DNA from: an uncultured delta proteobacterium
GTDB taxonomy: Bacteria > Desulfobacterota > Binatia > Binatales > Binataceae
Assembly (NCBI GenBank): GCA_963842085.1
Contig: CAWJET010000001.1
Location: 704,001 to 768,000 of the forward strand
DNA length: 64,000 nt
Reading direction: 5' to 3'
Shown here: piece after piece, positions 19,802-28,743 of the stretch
How the letters are laid out: every line of letters begins with the position of its first letter
Numbering within the stretch: position 1 is the first letter of the stretch
Translations under genes and position numbers: made by a program
Notes under the pieces: generated by a model
Databases searched by the model: none
What the model was told of the DNA's origin: nothing
Seen by the model: the letters and a program-made list of their open reading frames with translations, nothing else

Positions 19802-20674
19802 ATGAAGATCGGAGTTTCAGTGCCTCTGACCGCAGTCTCAGGCGATCCAGGCGCGATCGCGCATGAGGCGGAGAACCTCGGCTTCGAATCCATCTGGAGC
19901 GTCGAACATTCCTGCGTGCCTTCGGGCTACACCACTCATTATCCCCGATCGACCGACGGTAAGGTCCCCGCGATGTACGCCCAGCTTTCCGAGACGTGGG
20001 TGGTGCTCGCAATCGCAGCCGCGGCAACGAAGCAAATCAAGCTTGGCACCGGCATCCTGCTACTGGCTCAGCACAACGTGATCGAGACGGCGCGTGCGGC
20101 CGCAACCCTCGATCTCTATTCAGGCGGGCGGCTGATCCTGGGCGTCGGAGCGGGTTGGTTCCGCGAGGAAGCCGAAGTTATGGGCGTACGGTTCGAACAG
20201 CGCTGGAAGCATTTGCGCGAGTCGGTCGAGGCGCTGCGCATCCTCTGGACGCAGGAAGAAGCGAGCTACGCAGGCGAAATAATCAAGTTTCCCGCACTGC
20301 GCGTCGGTCCCAAGCCGGTGCAGAAGCCATGTCCGCCGATCATGCTCGGCGCGCACGATCCGAAGTATGCGCTCAGGCGGGTTGCGCGCTATGCCGACGG
20401 CTGGATGCCGGGCGGACTCTCACCAGACAAAGCAATGGAATTCATTCCGCAGATCAAGCGGATGGCGCGCGAGTACGGTCGCGATCCCGAGCAACTGCAG
20501 TTCTCAGTGGCACTCGCGACGCGCGGGGACGAGCCAACTGCTGACACTCTCAAGCGTTACCAATCGGCTGGGGTGAGCCGCATCATCATAATGGCCACCG
20601 CGGCGGCGGCGGGTGACGGAGTCAAGGCAATCCGTGCCATCGCACCATTGGTCGAGCGCGCAGCGAAGGTTTGA
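19802..20674 (+). CDS. LLM class (probably F420-dependent) oxidoreductase
   Basis: AENLGFESIWSVEH, IKLGTGI, GRLILGVGAGW, RVARYADGW. Confidence 0.9.
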   Translation: MKIGVSVPLTAVSGDPGAIAHEAENLGFESIWSVEHSCVPSGYTTHYPRSTDGKVPAMYAQLSETWVVLAIAAAATKQIKLGTGILLLAQHNVIETARAAATLDLYSGGRLILGVGAGWFREEAEVMGVRFEQRWKHLRESVEALRILWTQEEASYAGEIIKFPALRVGPKPVQKPCPPIMLGAHDPKYALRRVARYADGWMPGGLSPDKAMEFIPQIKRMAREYGRDPEQLQFSVALATRGDEPTADTLKRYQSAGVSRIIIMATAAAAGDGVKAIRAIAPLVERAAKV

Positions 20675-20727
20675 AATTGGCGTACGTCAGGAACCTCGAA
20701 GAGCAAAAGTGAGAGGAGAACTCTACG

Positions 20728-20865
20728 ATGGGCAGACCCGATGGCAACGCAGCGATCACCGGCGCGGCAAGCGGAATCGGCCGCAGCACTGCTTGTCCCA
20801 ATTCTCAACCGTGGTCTCGTCGATCGGCCCGCCCGCGCCGCCAAGGCCGGCGTTGTTATCCATGA
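20728..20865 (+). pseudogene. Collapsed SDR relic
   Basis: GAGGAG RBS, MGRPDGNAAITGAASGIGRSTA, then out-of-frame AAKAGVV about 50 nt later. Confidence 0.65.
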
Positions 20866-20914
20866 TGGGGAAGTCGCGAGCCGATCGCGTATAGACGTCA
20901 GGAGGTGACCGCCG

Positions 20915-21265
20915 ATGGATTTTGGCAAATTTAGTTTTGGCTCAATTGAAATCGACGGCAAAGCATACGAACATGACGTGGTAATCGACCGCGGAAGGAT
21001 TCACAAGCGCAAGAAAAAAGTCTCGCGGAGATTCCGCGAGCAGTTCGGGCATACTCCGCTTTCGCTGGAAGAGGAAATCCCCTGGAAATGTCGGCGACTG
21101 ATAGTCGGTTCCGGAAAGTACGGCGCGCTCCCGGTGATGGACGAAGTGAAACTCGAGGCGCAGCGGCGCGACGTGGATATTGTGATTCTCCCGACGGACG
21201 CGGCGATTAAGGAGCTCGGCAAGAATCCGGCGAAAACGAATGCGATCCTCCAAGTGACGTGCTGA
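20915..21265 (+). CDS. Mth938-like protein
   Basis: FGSIEIDGKAYEHDVVI, LIVGSG, PTDAA, QVTC. Confidence 0.8.
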   Translation: MDFGKFSFGSIEIDGKAYEHDVVIDRGRIHKRKKKVSRRFREQFGHTPLSLEEEIPWKCRRLIVGSGKYGALPVMDEVKLEAQRRDVDIVILPTDAAIKELGKNPAKTNAILQVTC

Positions 21266-21295
21266 ATGGTCCACCCGCGAAAGAGGTTCCCCGCG

Positions 21296-21772
21296 ATGGC
21301 ACTGAAGCTGACTTCTCCCGCCTTCAAGAATCAGGGCGAGATACCTCCCGTCTACACCTGCGACGGAAACGATCTTTCTCCCGCCCTGACCTGGTCGAAC
21401 ATTCCTGAAGGAACGCAAAACCTCGCTTTAATCGCAGACGACCCGGACGCCCCCGATCCGGCTGCGCCAAAAATGACCTGGGTGCATTGGGTACTCTACA
21501 ACCTTCCGCCCGTGCTCGATGGCCTGCCCGAGGCGGCCGGTTCCGCCAAATTGCCAACCGGTACCCTGGCTGGCGTAAATGACTGGAAGCGCACCGGTTA
21601 CGGCGGGCCGTGTCCCCCGATCGGACGTCACCGGTATTTTTTCAAGCTATATGCGTTGGACAGGGTGCTGCCTGACCTCAATCGGCCAACCAAAGCAAAA
21701 CTTGAAGCGGCGATGAAAGGTCATATCCTGGCCCAAGCGACGCTGATCGGAACCTATCAGCGCGAGCGTTGA
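21296..21772 (+). CDS. YbhB/YbcL (PEBP) family protein
   Basis: YTCDG, DDPDAP, WVHWVLYN, YGGPCPP, HRYFF. Confidence 0.95.
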   Translation: MALKLTSPAFKNQGEIPPVYTCDGNDLSPALTWSNIPEGTQNLALIADDPDAPDPAAPKMTWVHWVLYNLPPVLDGLPEAAGSAKLPTGTLAGVNDWKRTGYGGPCPPIGRHRYFFKLYALDRVLPDLNRPTKAKLEAAMKGHILAQATLIGTYQRER

Positions 21773-21831
21773 GGTGTTGTCGGCGGGATTCCCTTTTGCG
21801 CAATCGAACTGCCACGGAAGGAGTGCTGAAG

Positions 21832-23442
21832 ATGCCGGCGGACACAATCTCGCGAACAGGCGTTTACTACGCGCTCAAGCTGGATAAGGACGTGCAAATT
21901 CCGATGCGCGATGGCGCCTACGTCGTGGCCGATGTGTTCCGCCCTGGGAACGACGGCCTGTTTCCCATCATCATGACGATGGGCCCCTACTCCAAAGACA
22001 TCCACTTCCGCGACTGGAACCCGAGCGTGGACTACGAGCATCTGCCCGAGCGCGGTCCTTACATGCACTGGGAGACGGTCAACCCCGACTGGTGGGTGCC
22101 GCAGGGCTACGTCGTGATTCGCGTTGACGGCCGTGGCACCGGCAAGTCGCCCGGGAGCGTGCGCCGGCTCTCGGACGAGGAGGCGCGAGACTTCTACGAC
22201 GCCGTCGAATGGTCGGCGGCTCAGCGGTGGAGCAACGGCAAGGTGGCGGTGATGGGCATCTCGTACTTCGCGATGAATGCGTGGCGCGTAGCCGCTCAGC
22301 AACCGCCGCATCTGGCGGCGATCGTGCCCTGGGAAGGCGCAGTGGACACGTATCGCGACGCGGGCCGTCACGGCGGCATCTACTCCAACGGCTTCAACCA
22401 ACGCTGGGCCCGCCATGTGCGGAGTCACGAGGCAGGCGCGGCGCGACCTCCAGCAGATGCCGTCGAGCGCGCCGTACCTCCGGAACTCTTTACGGAGAGC
22501 GCGTACAACGTTCCCGACCTCAGTCGGATCCGGGTGCCGCTTCTCTCGGCCGGCAATTGGGGCGGCGCCGCCCTGCACTTGCGCGGCAACGTCGAAGGCT
22601 TCCTCGGCGCCGGCTCCGAACACAAGTTCCTGGAGATTCACAGCGGCAATCACATCGTCCCGTTCTATTCGCTGGAGGGCCGTCTGCTCCAGAAGCGGTT
22701 CCTGGATCAGTGGCTGCACGACGTCGACACCGGCATCCTGCGCGAGCCTCGCGTGCGCCTGGCAATCCGCCGCGGCGGCGATCGCTACGTCTGGCGGTAC
22801 GAGAACGAATGGCCGATCGGCCGCACGCAGTGGACGCCGCTCTACCTGGACGCCGCGAAAGGCACAATGAGCCGTGATCGATTGGCAAATGCTGGCGAGA
22901 CGCGCTTCACGGCCGAAGCCGGAAAGCCCCGCGATGAGGCGCACGCTGTATTCGTCGGCCCTACGTTCGAGCAAGAGACCGAGTTCACCGGTCCTGTCAT
23001 GCTGAAGCTGTGGATCTCATCGACCAGTGACGACGCCGACCTGTTCGCCATTGTCCGAAAGATCGGACGCGACGGGCGCGAGGTGATGTTCCCGGGACAG
23101 AACCAGCCTGCTATCCCGACTGCTCTGGGATGGCTGCGCGCCTCGCATCGCAAGCTTGATCCGGCAAGGTCAACACCCTACCGCCCCTACCACTCTCACG
23201 ATGAGATCCAGAAGCTGGAGCCCGGCGCGATCGTGCCGGTTGAGATTGAGATCTGGCCGACGAGCGTCGTCTTCGAACGTGGCGACCGCTTGGTGCTCGA
23301 GGTCGCGTCAGAGGACGATCCGCGTATGGAGCCCTTCCTGCACAACGACCCGATCGATCGCAGGCGGGGCGGCATCACTAAGATTCACGCCGGTGGAGGA
23401 TACGACTCCTATCTGCTCATGCCCCTGATCCCGCCGCGCTGA
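21832..23442 (+). CDS. CocE/NonD family hydrolase
   Basis: IPMRDG, DGRGTGKS, GISY, PepX-like C-terminus. Confidence 0.92.
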   Translation: MPADTISRTGVYYALKLDKDVQIPMRDGAYVVADVFRPGNDGLFPIIMTMGPYSKDIHFRDWNPSVDYEHLPERGPYMHWETVNPDWWVPQGYVVIRVDGRGTGKSPGSVRRLSDEEARDFYDAVEWSAAQRWSNGKVAVMGISYFAMNAWRVAAQQPPHLAAIVPWEGAVDTYRDAGRHGGIYSNGFNQRWARHVRSHEAGAARPPADAVERAVPPELFTESAYNVPDLSRIRVPLLSAGNWGGAALHLRGNVEGFLGAGSEHKFLEIHSGNHIVPFYSLEGRLLQKRFLDQWLHDVDTGILREPRVRLAIRRGGDRYVWRYENEWPIGRTQWTPLYLDAAKGTMSRDRLANAGETRFTAEAGKPRDEAHAVFVGPTFEQETEFTGPVMLKLWISSTSDDADLFAIVRKIGRDGREVMFPGQNQPAIPTALGWLRASHRKLDPARSTPYRPYHSHDEIQKLEPGAIVPVEIEIWPTSVVFERGDRLVLEVASEDDPRMEPFLHNDPIDRRRGGITKIHAGGGYDSYLLMPLIPPR

Positions 23443-23459
23443 GCTGCACCGGCGGTTAG

Positions 23460-25073
23460 TCAAACCGCCCAAGCGGTCAGGCGGTTGCTCTCATCGCCGT
23501 TGCGCAGGCCACGCCTTGTTGCTTCAATTCCTTTGTCTGTTGATAATCGCCACCCACCTAGCGCTTGAACCGTCAGTGCAAAAAATGTCGAGAGATCATG
23601 GTCGGGGCGCATTGCGGCGGCGGCAATGCCACGCAGCATGCCCCCAAAGACCCATTGATGCAGGAGGAAGGACAGATACCAGTAGAGAAGTCCGAACAGC
23701 CCCACGGGGTCAAAAATCGCAGTCTGCCTGATGGTCGCGCCGGTCTTGGTCGACTCAACTTCAAAGTCGAGCCAGGCGCGGCCCGGCACCTTCATCTCTG
23801 CCGCGAGAGTCAGTTTGCGGTCCGGCTCGAAAGCGGAGACGCGCCAAAAATCAACGTGGTCGCCGACCGCTATCGTCGTGTCATTGGAGCGCCCGCGCCG
23901 CATGCCAGGGCCGCCTAGCAGGCGGTCGACAAGCGCGCGCACTTCCCACAGCCGGTGGCCGTAATACCAACCCACGGTGCCGCCAATGCTTTGTATCGGC
24001 GCGAATGCCCGCGCCGGGGGAACGTTCACCTCTACTGCCTGCTAAACGATCAGGCGGTTGCCGATGCGGACGCCGCCCCAAGGGGAGTTGGAGGGCGCCG
24101 CGGACAGCGCGTGGGACCAACGAGTTGCCGAAAATTCGAAGTCCTCGTCGCGTAGCGCATCGGCAACGGCTTTTTGGATTCCGGCAGGCCGTATTGAAAA
24201 CATTCGCAGCGCCAGGTCGTTGGAGACGACCGTCGCGTGCCGCACGCTTTCGACCAGCTCCCGTCCCACGCGCGCCTGCAGAGGGGTTACCAGCTTCAAC
24301 CACCAGCTGGAGAGCCGTGGCGTCAGCACCGGGACCCGGATCATCGCGCGCTTCAATCCGCGCTGTTGGGCGTATTCGCGGATGATGCCCGCATACGACA
24401 CCCGCTCGGCACCGCCGATTTCGAATACGCAACTGGCTGTGGTGCTTAGATCAAGCGCAGCCACGAGATAGCGAATGGCATCGTTGATCGATATCGGCTG
24501 CGCCTGCATAGTCACCCAGCGGGGCATAATCATCAAGAGAAGGCGCTCGGCGAGCGCACGAACCATTTCGAATGAAAGGCTGCCGCCGCCGATAATTGCC
24601 GAAGCGCGGAACTCGATCACCTGCGTACTGGAAGCACGCAACAATTCTCCCACTTCGTGTCGGCTGCGCAGATGCGGCGAGAGCGAACGGCTGGAGCTTC
24701 CCAGGCCACCTAGATAGATAATCCGCCGGACTCCCGCTGCGCGTGCCGCCTCGGCAAAATTACGCGCACCTTCGCGATCCGCGCTTTCAAAAGATCGCTC
24801 CGAGTTCATTGAATGGACGAGATAGTAGGCGGTATCGACGCCGCGCATCGCGGCATCGATGCTCTCGCGATCGAGTACATCGGCGCGCACAACTGTGGTC
24901 TTTTGTGCGCGGCTGGCGATTGCTTCCGGACGGCGGCCCGCACAGCGCACGCGATGCCCCTCCGCCTCGAGCGCTCTCAGCAATCGGCTGCCGACATAGC
25001 CGCTCGCACCGGTCAGAAGAATCAGGCGCTCCGAACCATCCGACGAGGTCTTTGGTCGAATTGACATTTTCAT
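23460..25073 (-). pseudogene. ybjT: YbjT-like NAD(P)-binding/DUF2867 protein interrupted by an in-frame TAG at 24042-24044
   Basis: TGASGYVG Rossmann fold; NRLIV*QAVEVNVPPARAF continues in frame into IGGTVGWY...AEMKVPGRAWL. Confidence 0.8.
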
Positions 25074-25107
25074 TCTCGCGGTGCGAGCGGCTCCAGTCCC
25101 GGGCCCA

Positions 25108-25329
25108 CTATTCGCGGGAGACGACAACGGGCAGCACGACCAACTGGTAAAAACCAGACAGTCCGACCAGCCCGTAGACCAACGAACTGAGCGCCGAGGT
25201 CTGGCCGAAGCTCATGCCGAGCAGTGCGGCCACCAGGTCGAGGTGAGCGAGTGCAACCAGGCCCCAGTTGAGAGCCCCGACAATTACGAGCACCGCCGCG
25301 ATGATTTTAAGCGTTTTCATTTTCTCCAC
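25108..25329 (-). CDS. DUF378 membrane protein
   Basis: LVIVGALNWGLV...DLVA...VYGLVGLS. Confidence 0.9.
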   Translation of the reverse strand: MEKMKTLKIIAAVLVIVGALNWGLVALAHLDLVAALLGMSFGQTSALSSLVYGLVGLSGFYQLVVLPVVVSRE

Positions 25330-25414
25330 GACTCCTTTCCTGTTTTCGCGCTTTAGCCTGCCCTCTTGCTTTAAGGTTCTGCGATCGCGTACTTGTGATG
25401 ATAGAGAAAATATT

Positions 25415-25473
25415 TTTAACTGTGAAGACAGAACAAGCTCTTGGATAAAAGTTATTTAACTGAAGAGACAAAA
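25415..25473. promoter_or_regulatory. Imperfect direct repeat, candidate operator between divergent genes
   Basis: TTTAACTGtgaAGACAgAA (25415) and TTTAACTGaagAGACAaAA (25455), 40-bp spacing. Confidence 0.45.
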
Positions 25474-25489
25474 GAGCGGCCTTCGTTGC

Positions 25490-26098
25490 TTGGGACTCAA
25501 ACGGATTGAAGAGATGCTCTCGGACACGCTGAAAGAAGGGCTCCAGAAATACGCGATCGGCGAGAAGCTCCGGCGGCTTAGGCTCCGGAAGAAGGTGGGG
25601 CTCGTCGAACTCGGCCGCCACACCGGCCTTTCGCCCGCGATGCTTTCAAAGGTGGAGCGTGGCAGGCTATTTCCGACGCTGCCGACTCTGCTCAGGATCG
25701 CGATGGTTTTCAACGTCGAGCTCGAACACTTCTTCACCGATAGCCGGCACGTAGTGGCCGTTGCCCGTAAGAAGGACCGGCTGGCTTTCGATGAAAAGTT
25801 AGGCGGCGATGAGGTCGTCTACCGCTTCGAATGCCTCGACTTCGAGGCCGGGGACCGAAAACTCAACGCTTTCTATGCCGAATTCCCGAAGGCTGCAGCG
25901 GGGCGCCTGCGCACTCACGAGCACGATGGCGTGGAATTCATCTACGTGCTTTCCGGCACTCTCAGCGTGAAGATCGGCGAGGAGGAGAACAAGCTGCGCA
26001 AGGAGGATGCGATCTATTTTGATTCCAGCGTAACTCACAGTTATCGGACGGTCGGGAACGCTCCCTGCTCGGCTGTGGTTGTAACGCTGGCGCCATAA
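25490..26098 (+). CDS. XRE family regulator with cupin domain
   Basis: IGEKLRRLR...LSKVERG; HEHDGVEFIYVLSG. Confidence 0.92.
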   Translation: MGLKRIEEMLSDTLKEGLQKYAIGEKLRRLRLRKKVGLVELGRHTGLSPAMLSKVERGRLFPTLPTLLRIAMVFNVELEHFFTDSRHVVAVARKKDRLAFDEKLGGDEVVYRFECLDFEAGDRKLNAFYAEFPKAAAGRLRTHEHDGVEFIYVLSGTLSVKIGEEENKLRKEDAIYFDSSVTHSYRTVGNAPCSAVVVTLAP

Positions 26099-26147
26099 GC
26101 AGACTATTTCGCTCCGGAATTTGTCTCGCCTGTTTGAAACCGAAAAG

Positions 26148-27533
26148 ATGACTTCACTGGACAAGCTCGCCGACGATCCCCGCATAGGAGTGCGCAATGG
26201 AGGGGGCATCGATCCGCGCGGCAGATGTGTCGTCTGCCGGATGCGGCGATCGCAACGTGCGCTCGACAATCCCGCGCTTGAAACCGCAATCACCGCAGCG
26301 AACGTGCTTGAGCAGCCGGTAGTGGTCTTTTTTGGCCTGCTTGCGCGCCATCCGTTGGCGAATCTCCGCCACTACGCCTTCATGCTGGAGGGCTTGGCGG
26401 AAACGGCCCAGCAGATGGTGAAGAGGAAAATCGGCTTTGTGGCCCGGATCTGCTCCGGCGCAAGCTCGAATCGGGAGTTCGCGCGATTCTGCGCAGAGGT
26501 CCGTCCTTCGCTGGTGATTTGCGATGAAGATCCAGCCCGTCGCCCTCCGAAATGGAAACGGGAGACGTTGCTTTATCCATCCGCGCCGCTGTGGAGTGTC
26601 GATGCGGATGTGGTCGTCCCCTCGAGATTGCTGGAAAAAGAGCAGTTCGCAGCGCGCACAATACGTCCCCGGATCCGCGTGCGGCTCGCGCAGTTCCTCA
26701 AGCCGGTTGGAAATCGTGCGGTGCGCGTGCCCTGGAAGGGCGACCGCGGAATGCGTTCGCTGCCGTTAGCGCCCGAACTCGCCGATCGACTTCATCTCGA
26801 TCGTTTCGTCGGTCCCGCCGGCGGCTTTCATGCCGGCCCCCAGGCTGCGCTGATGGCGCTGCGTCGGTTTACCCGTGATCGTCTGCGGGCCTACGCCACC
26901 AACCGCAACCATCCGGAAATCGACGCAACTAGCCAGCTCTCGCCCTATCTTCATTTTGGTCAGATCGGGCCACATACTGTGGCTCTCGCGGTCCGTGACT
27001 CAGCGGCGCCAGTCCGCGACCGCGAAGCATTTCTGGAAGAGATGATCGTGCGGCGCGAACTGGCGGTTAATTTTGTGCGTTACAATCCGCACTTCAAGAG
27101 CCTCGCGAGCATCGAGCCATGGGCCCAGCGCACCCTCGAGGAACATGCCGGTGATAAACGTGTGTATCTCTATAGCGAAAGGCAACTCGCTAACGCCGAG
27201 ACGCACGACCCGCTGTGGAATGCCGCACAACGACAAATGGTCACTTCCGGGTGGATGCACGGGTACCTGCGCATGTACTGGGCTAAAAAGATTCTGGAGT
27301 GGAGTCCGGCGGCGGACGAGGCATACGACATTTGTGTGAGGCTCAACGATCGCTATGAGCTCGACGGGCGCGATCCTAACGGCTATGCCGGCATTGCATG
27401 GGCGATTGGCGGCAAGCACGACCGCGCCTGGGGTCCCGAACGGCCTGTTTAGGGCAAAATTCGCTACATGTCGTTCGCCAGCACCGCGCGCAAGTTCAGT
27501 AGCCGTGCGTATATCGAGAAGTGGAACGGGTAG
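26148..27533 (+). pseudogene. phrB: Class II CPD photolyase with an in-frame TAG at 27450-27452
   Basis: SQLSPYLHFGQ, MHGYLRMYWAKKILEW, DGRDPNGY, ERPV*GKIRYMS. Confidence 0.85.
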
Positions 27534-28513
27534 CACACAGCAGGGCCCTCTACGCCAGTGAGGAACCGATCAGGATCGGAGTCTCATCGTGCCTGCTCGG
27601 CGCCAAGGTCCGCTTCGACGGCGGCCACAAGCGCAGCGATTTCCTGGTCGATACGCTAGGCAGTTTCGTTGAGTTTGTTCCCGTCTGCCCGGAATTGGAG
27701 ATTGGGCTGGGCGTTCCGCGTGAAACTCTGCGACTCGTCCGCGACGGCACAGCTCAGGCGACAAGACTGGTAGCGAATCAAACCGCCATCGACCATACCA
27801 AGGCGATGAACTCATACGCGGAACGCCGGGTTGTGGCGCTCGGACGGGAGGGACTTTCCGGCTACATCCTGAAGAAGGACTCGCCGAGTTGCGGCATGGA
27901 GCGGGTGCGCGTCTACGGGTCCTCCGGGATGCCCACACGCGACGGATCAGGTTTGTTCGCGGCGGCGTTGATGCGTCGGTACCCCAGTTTGCCGGTGGAG
28001 GAAGAAGGGCGGCTGAACGATCCGTACCTGCGCGAGAACTTCGTCGAGCGGGTGTTCGCCTACCGGCGCCTGCGCTCTTTCTTCGCCTCGCGATGGACGC
28101 TCGGCGGACTGGTTCGGTTCCACACCATGCATAAGCTCAGCTTGATGGCGCACTCGCCCAAGGCTTACGGTGAACTGGGCCGATTCGTCGCCTACGCGAA
28201 ACGAATGGCCAGGGACGACGTACCCGAGCTCTACGAGTCCGCATTCATGGAAGCGCTGAAAAAGCTGGCGACCACGGCGCGTCACCGCAATGTGCTGCAG
28301 CACATGCTCGGCTATCTCCGGCCGCATCTGGATCAGGATTCACGCGACGAGCTCGTCACACTGATTGAAGATTACGGGCGCGGACTGGTGCCGCTGATCG
28401 TGCCAATCGCGCTCTTCCGGCACTACGTGCGAAAGTTTGACGTCGCTTATTTGCGCGGACAGGTTTATCTCGAACCGCATCCGAAAGAGCTGATGCTCCG
28501 CAATCACGTCTGA
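27521..28513 (+). CDS. ybgA: DUF523/DUF1722 (YbgA) protein
   Basis: IGVSSCLLG, VCPE, KDSPSCG, EEEGRL, LMLRNHV. Confidence 0.93.
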   Translation: MERVAHSRALYASEEPIRIGVSSCLLGAKVRFDGGHKRSDFLVDTLGSFVEFVPVCPELEIGLGVPRETLRLVRDGTAQATRLVANQTAIDHTKAMNSYAERRVVALGREGLSGYILKKDSPSCGMERVRVYGSSGMPTRDGSGLFAAALMRRYPSLPVEEEGRLNDPYLRENFVERVFAYRRLRSFFASRWTLGGLVRFHTMHKLSLMAHSPKAYGELGRFVAYAKRMARDDVPELYESAFMEALKKLATTARHRNVLQHMLGYLRPHLDQDSRDELVTLIEDYGRGLVPLIVPIALFRHYVRKFDVAYLRGQVYLEPHPKELMLRNHV

Positions 28514-28743
28514 CGGTGGGCGATTTTTGGTTCGAGCTGACCCCGACGTTAGCAACGACCTCTGCTACACCGTCGGCGAGGTTAGAGACGAGGCACGACT
28601 AAAGCGAATTTATGCTTGCGAAGTTTTATTACTACCTTGTCACGGCTGTGGAAGCTCTATTTTCGACGGATCGGCGGGTTTTTCCGGCTTTTGGACTGAC
28701 CTTCATGATTGGTTTCCCTTCGGATGCGAACCACTCCAATCAG

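Noticed and set aside
28612-28740. MLAKFYYYLVTAVEALF as a relic of a SOUL heme-binding protein
   Set aside because: Resemblance too short and weak to support
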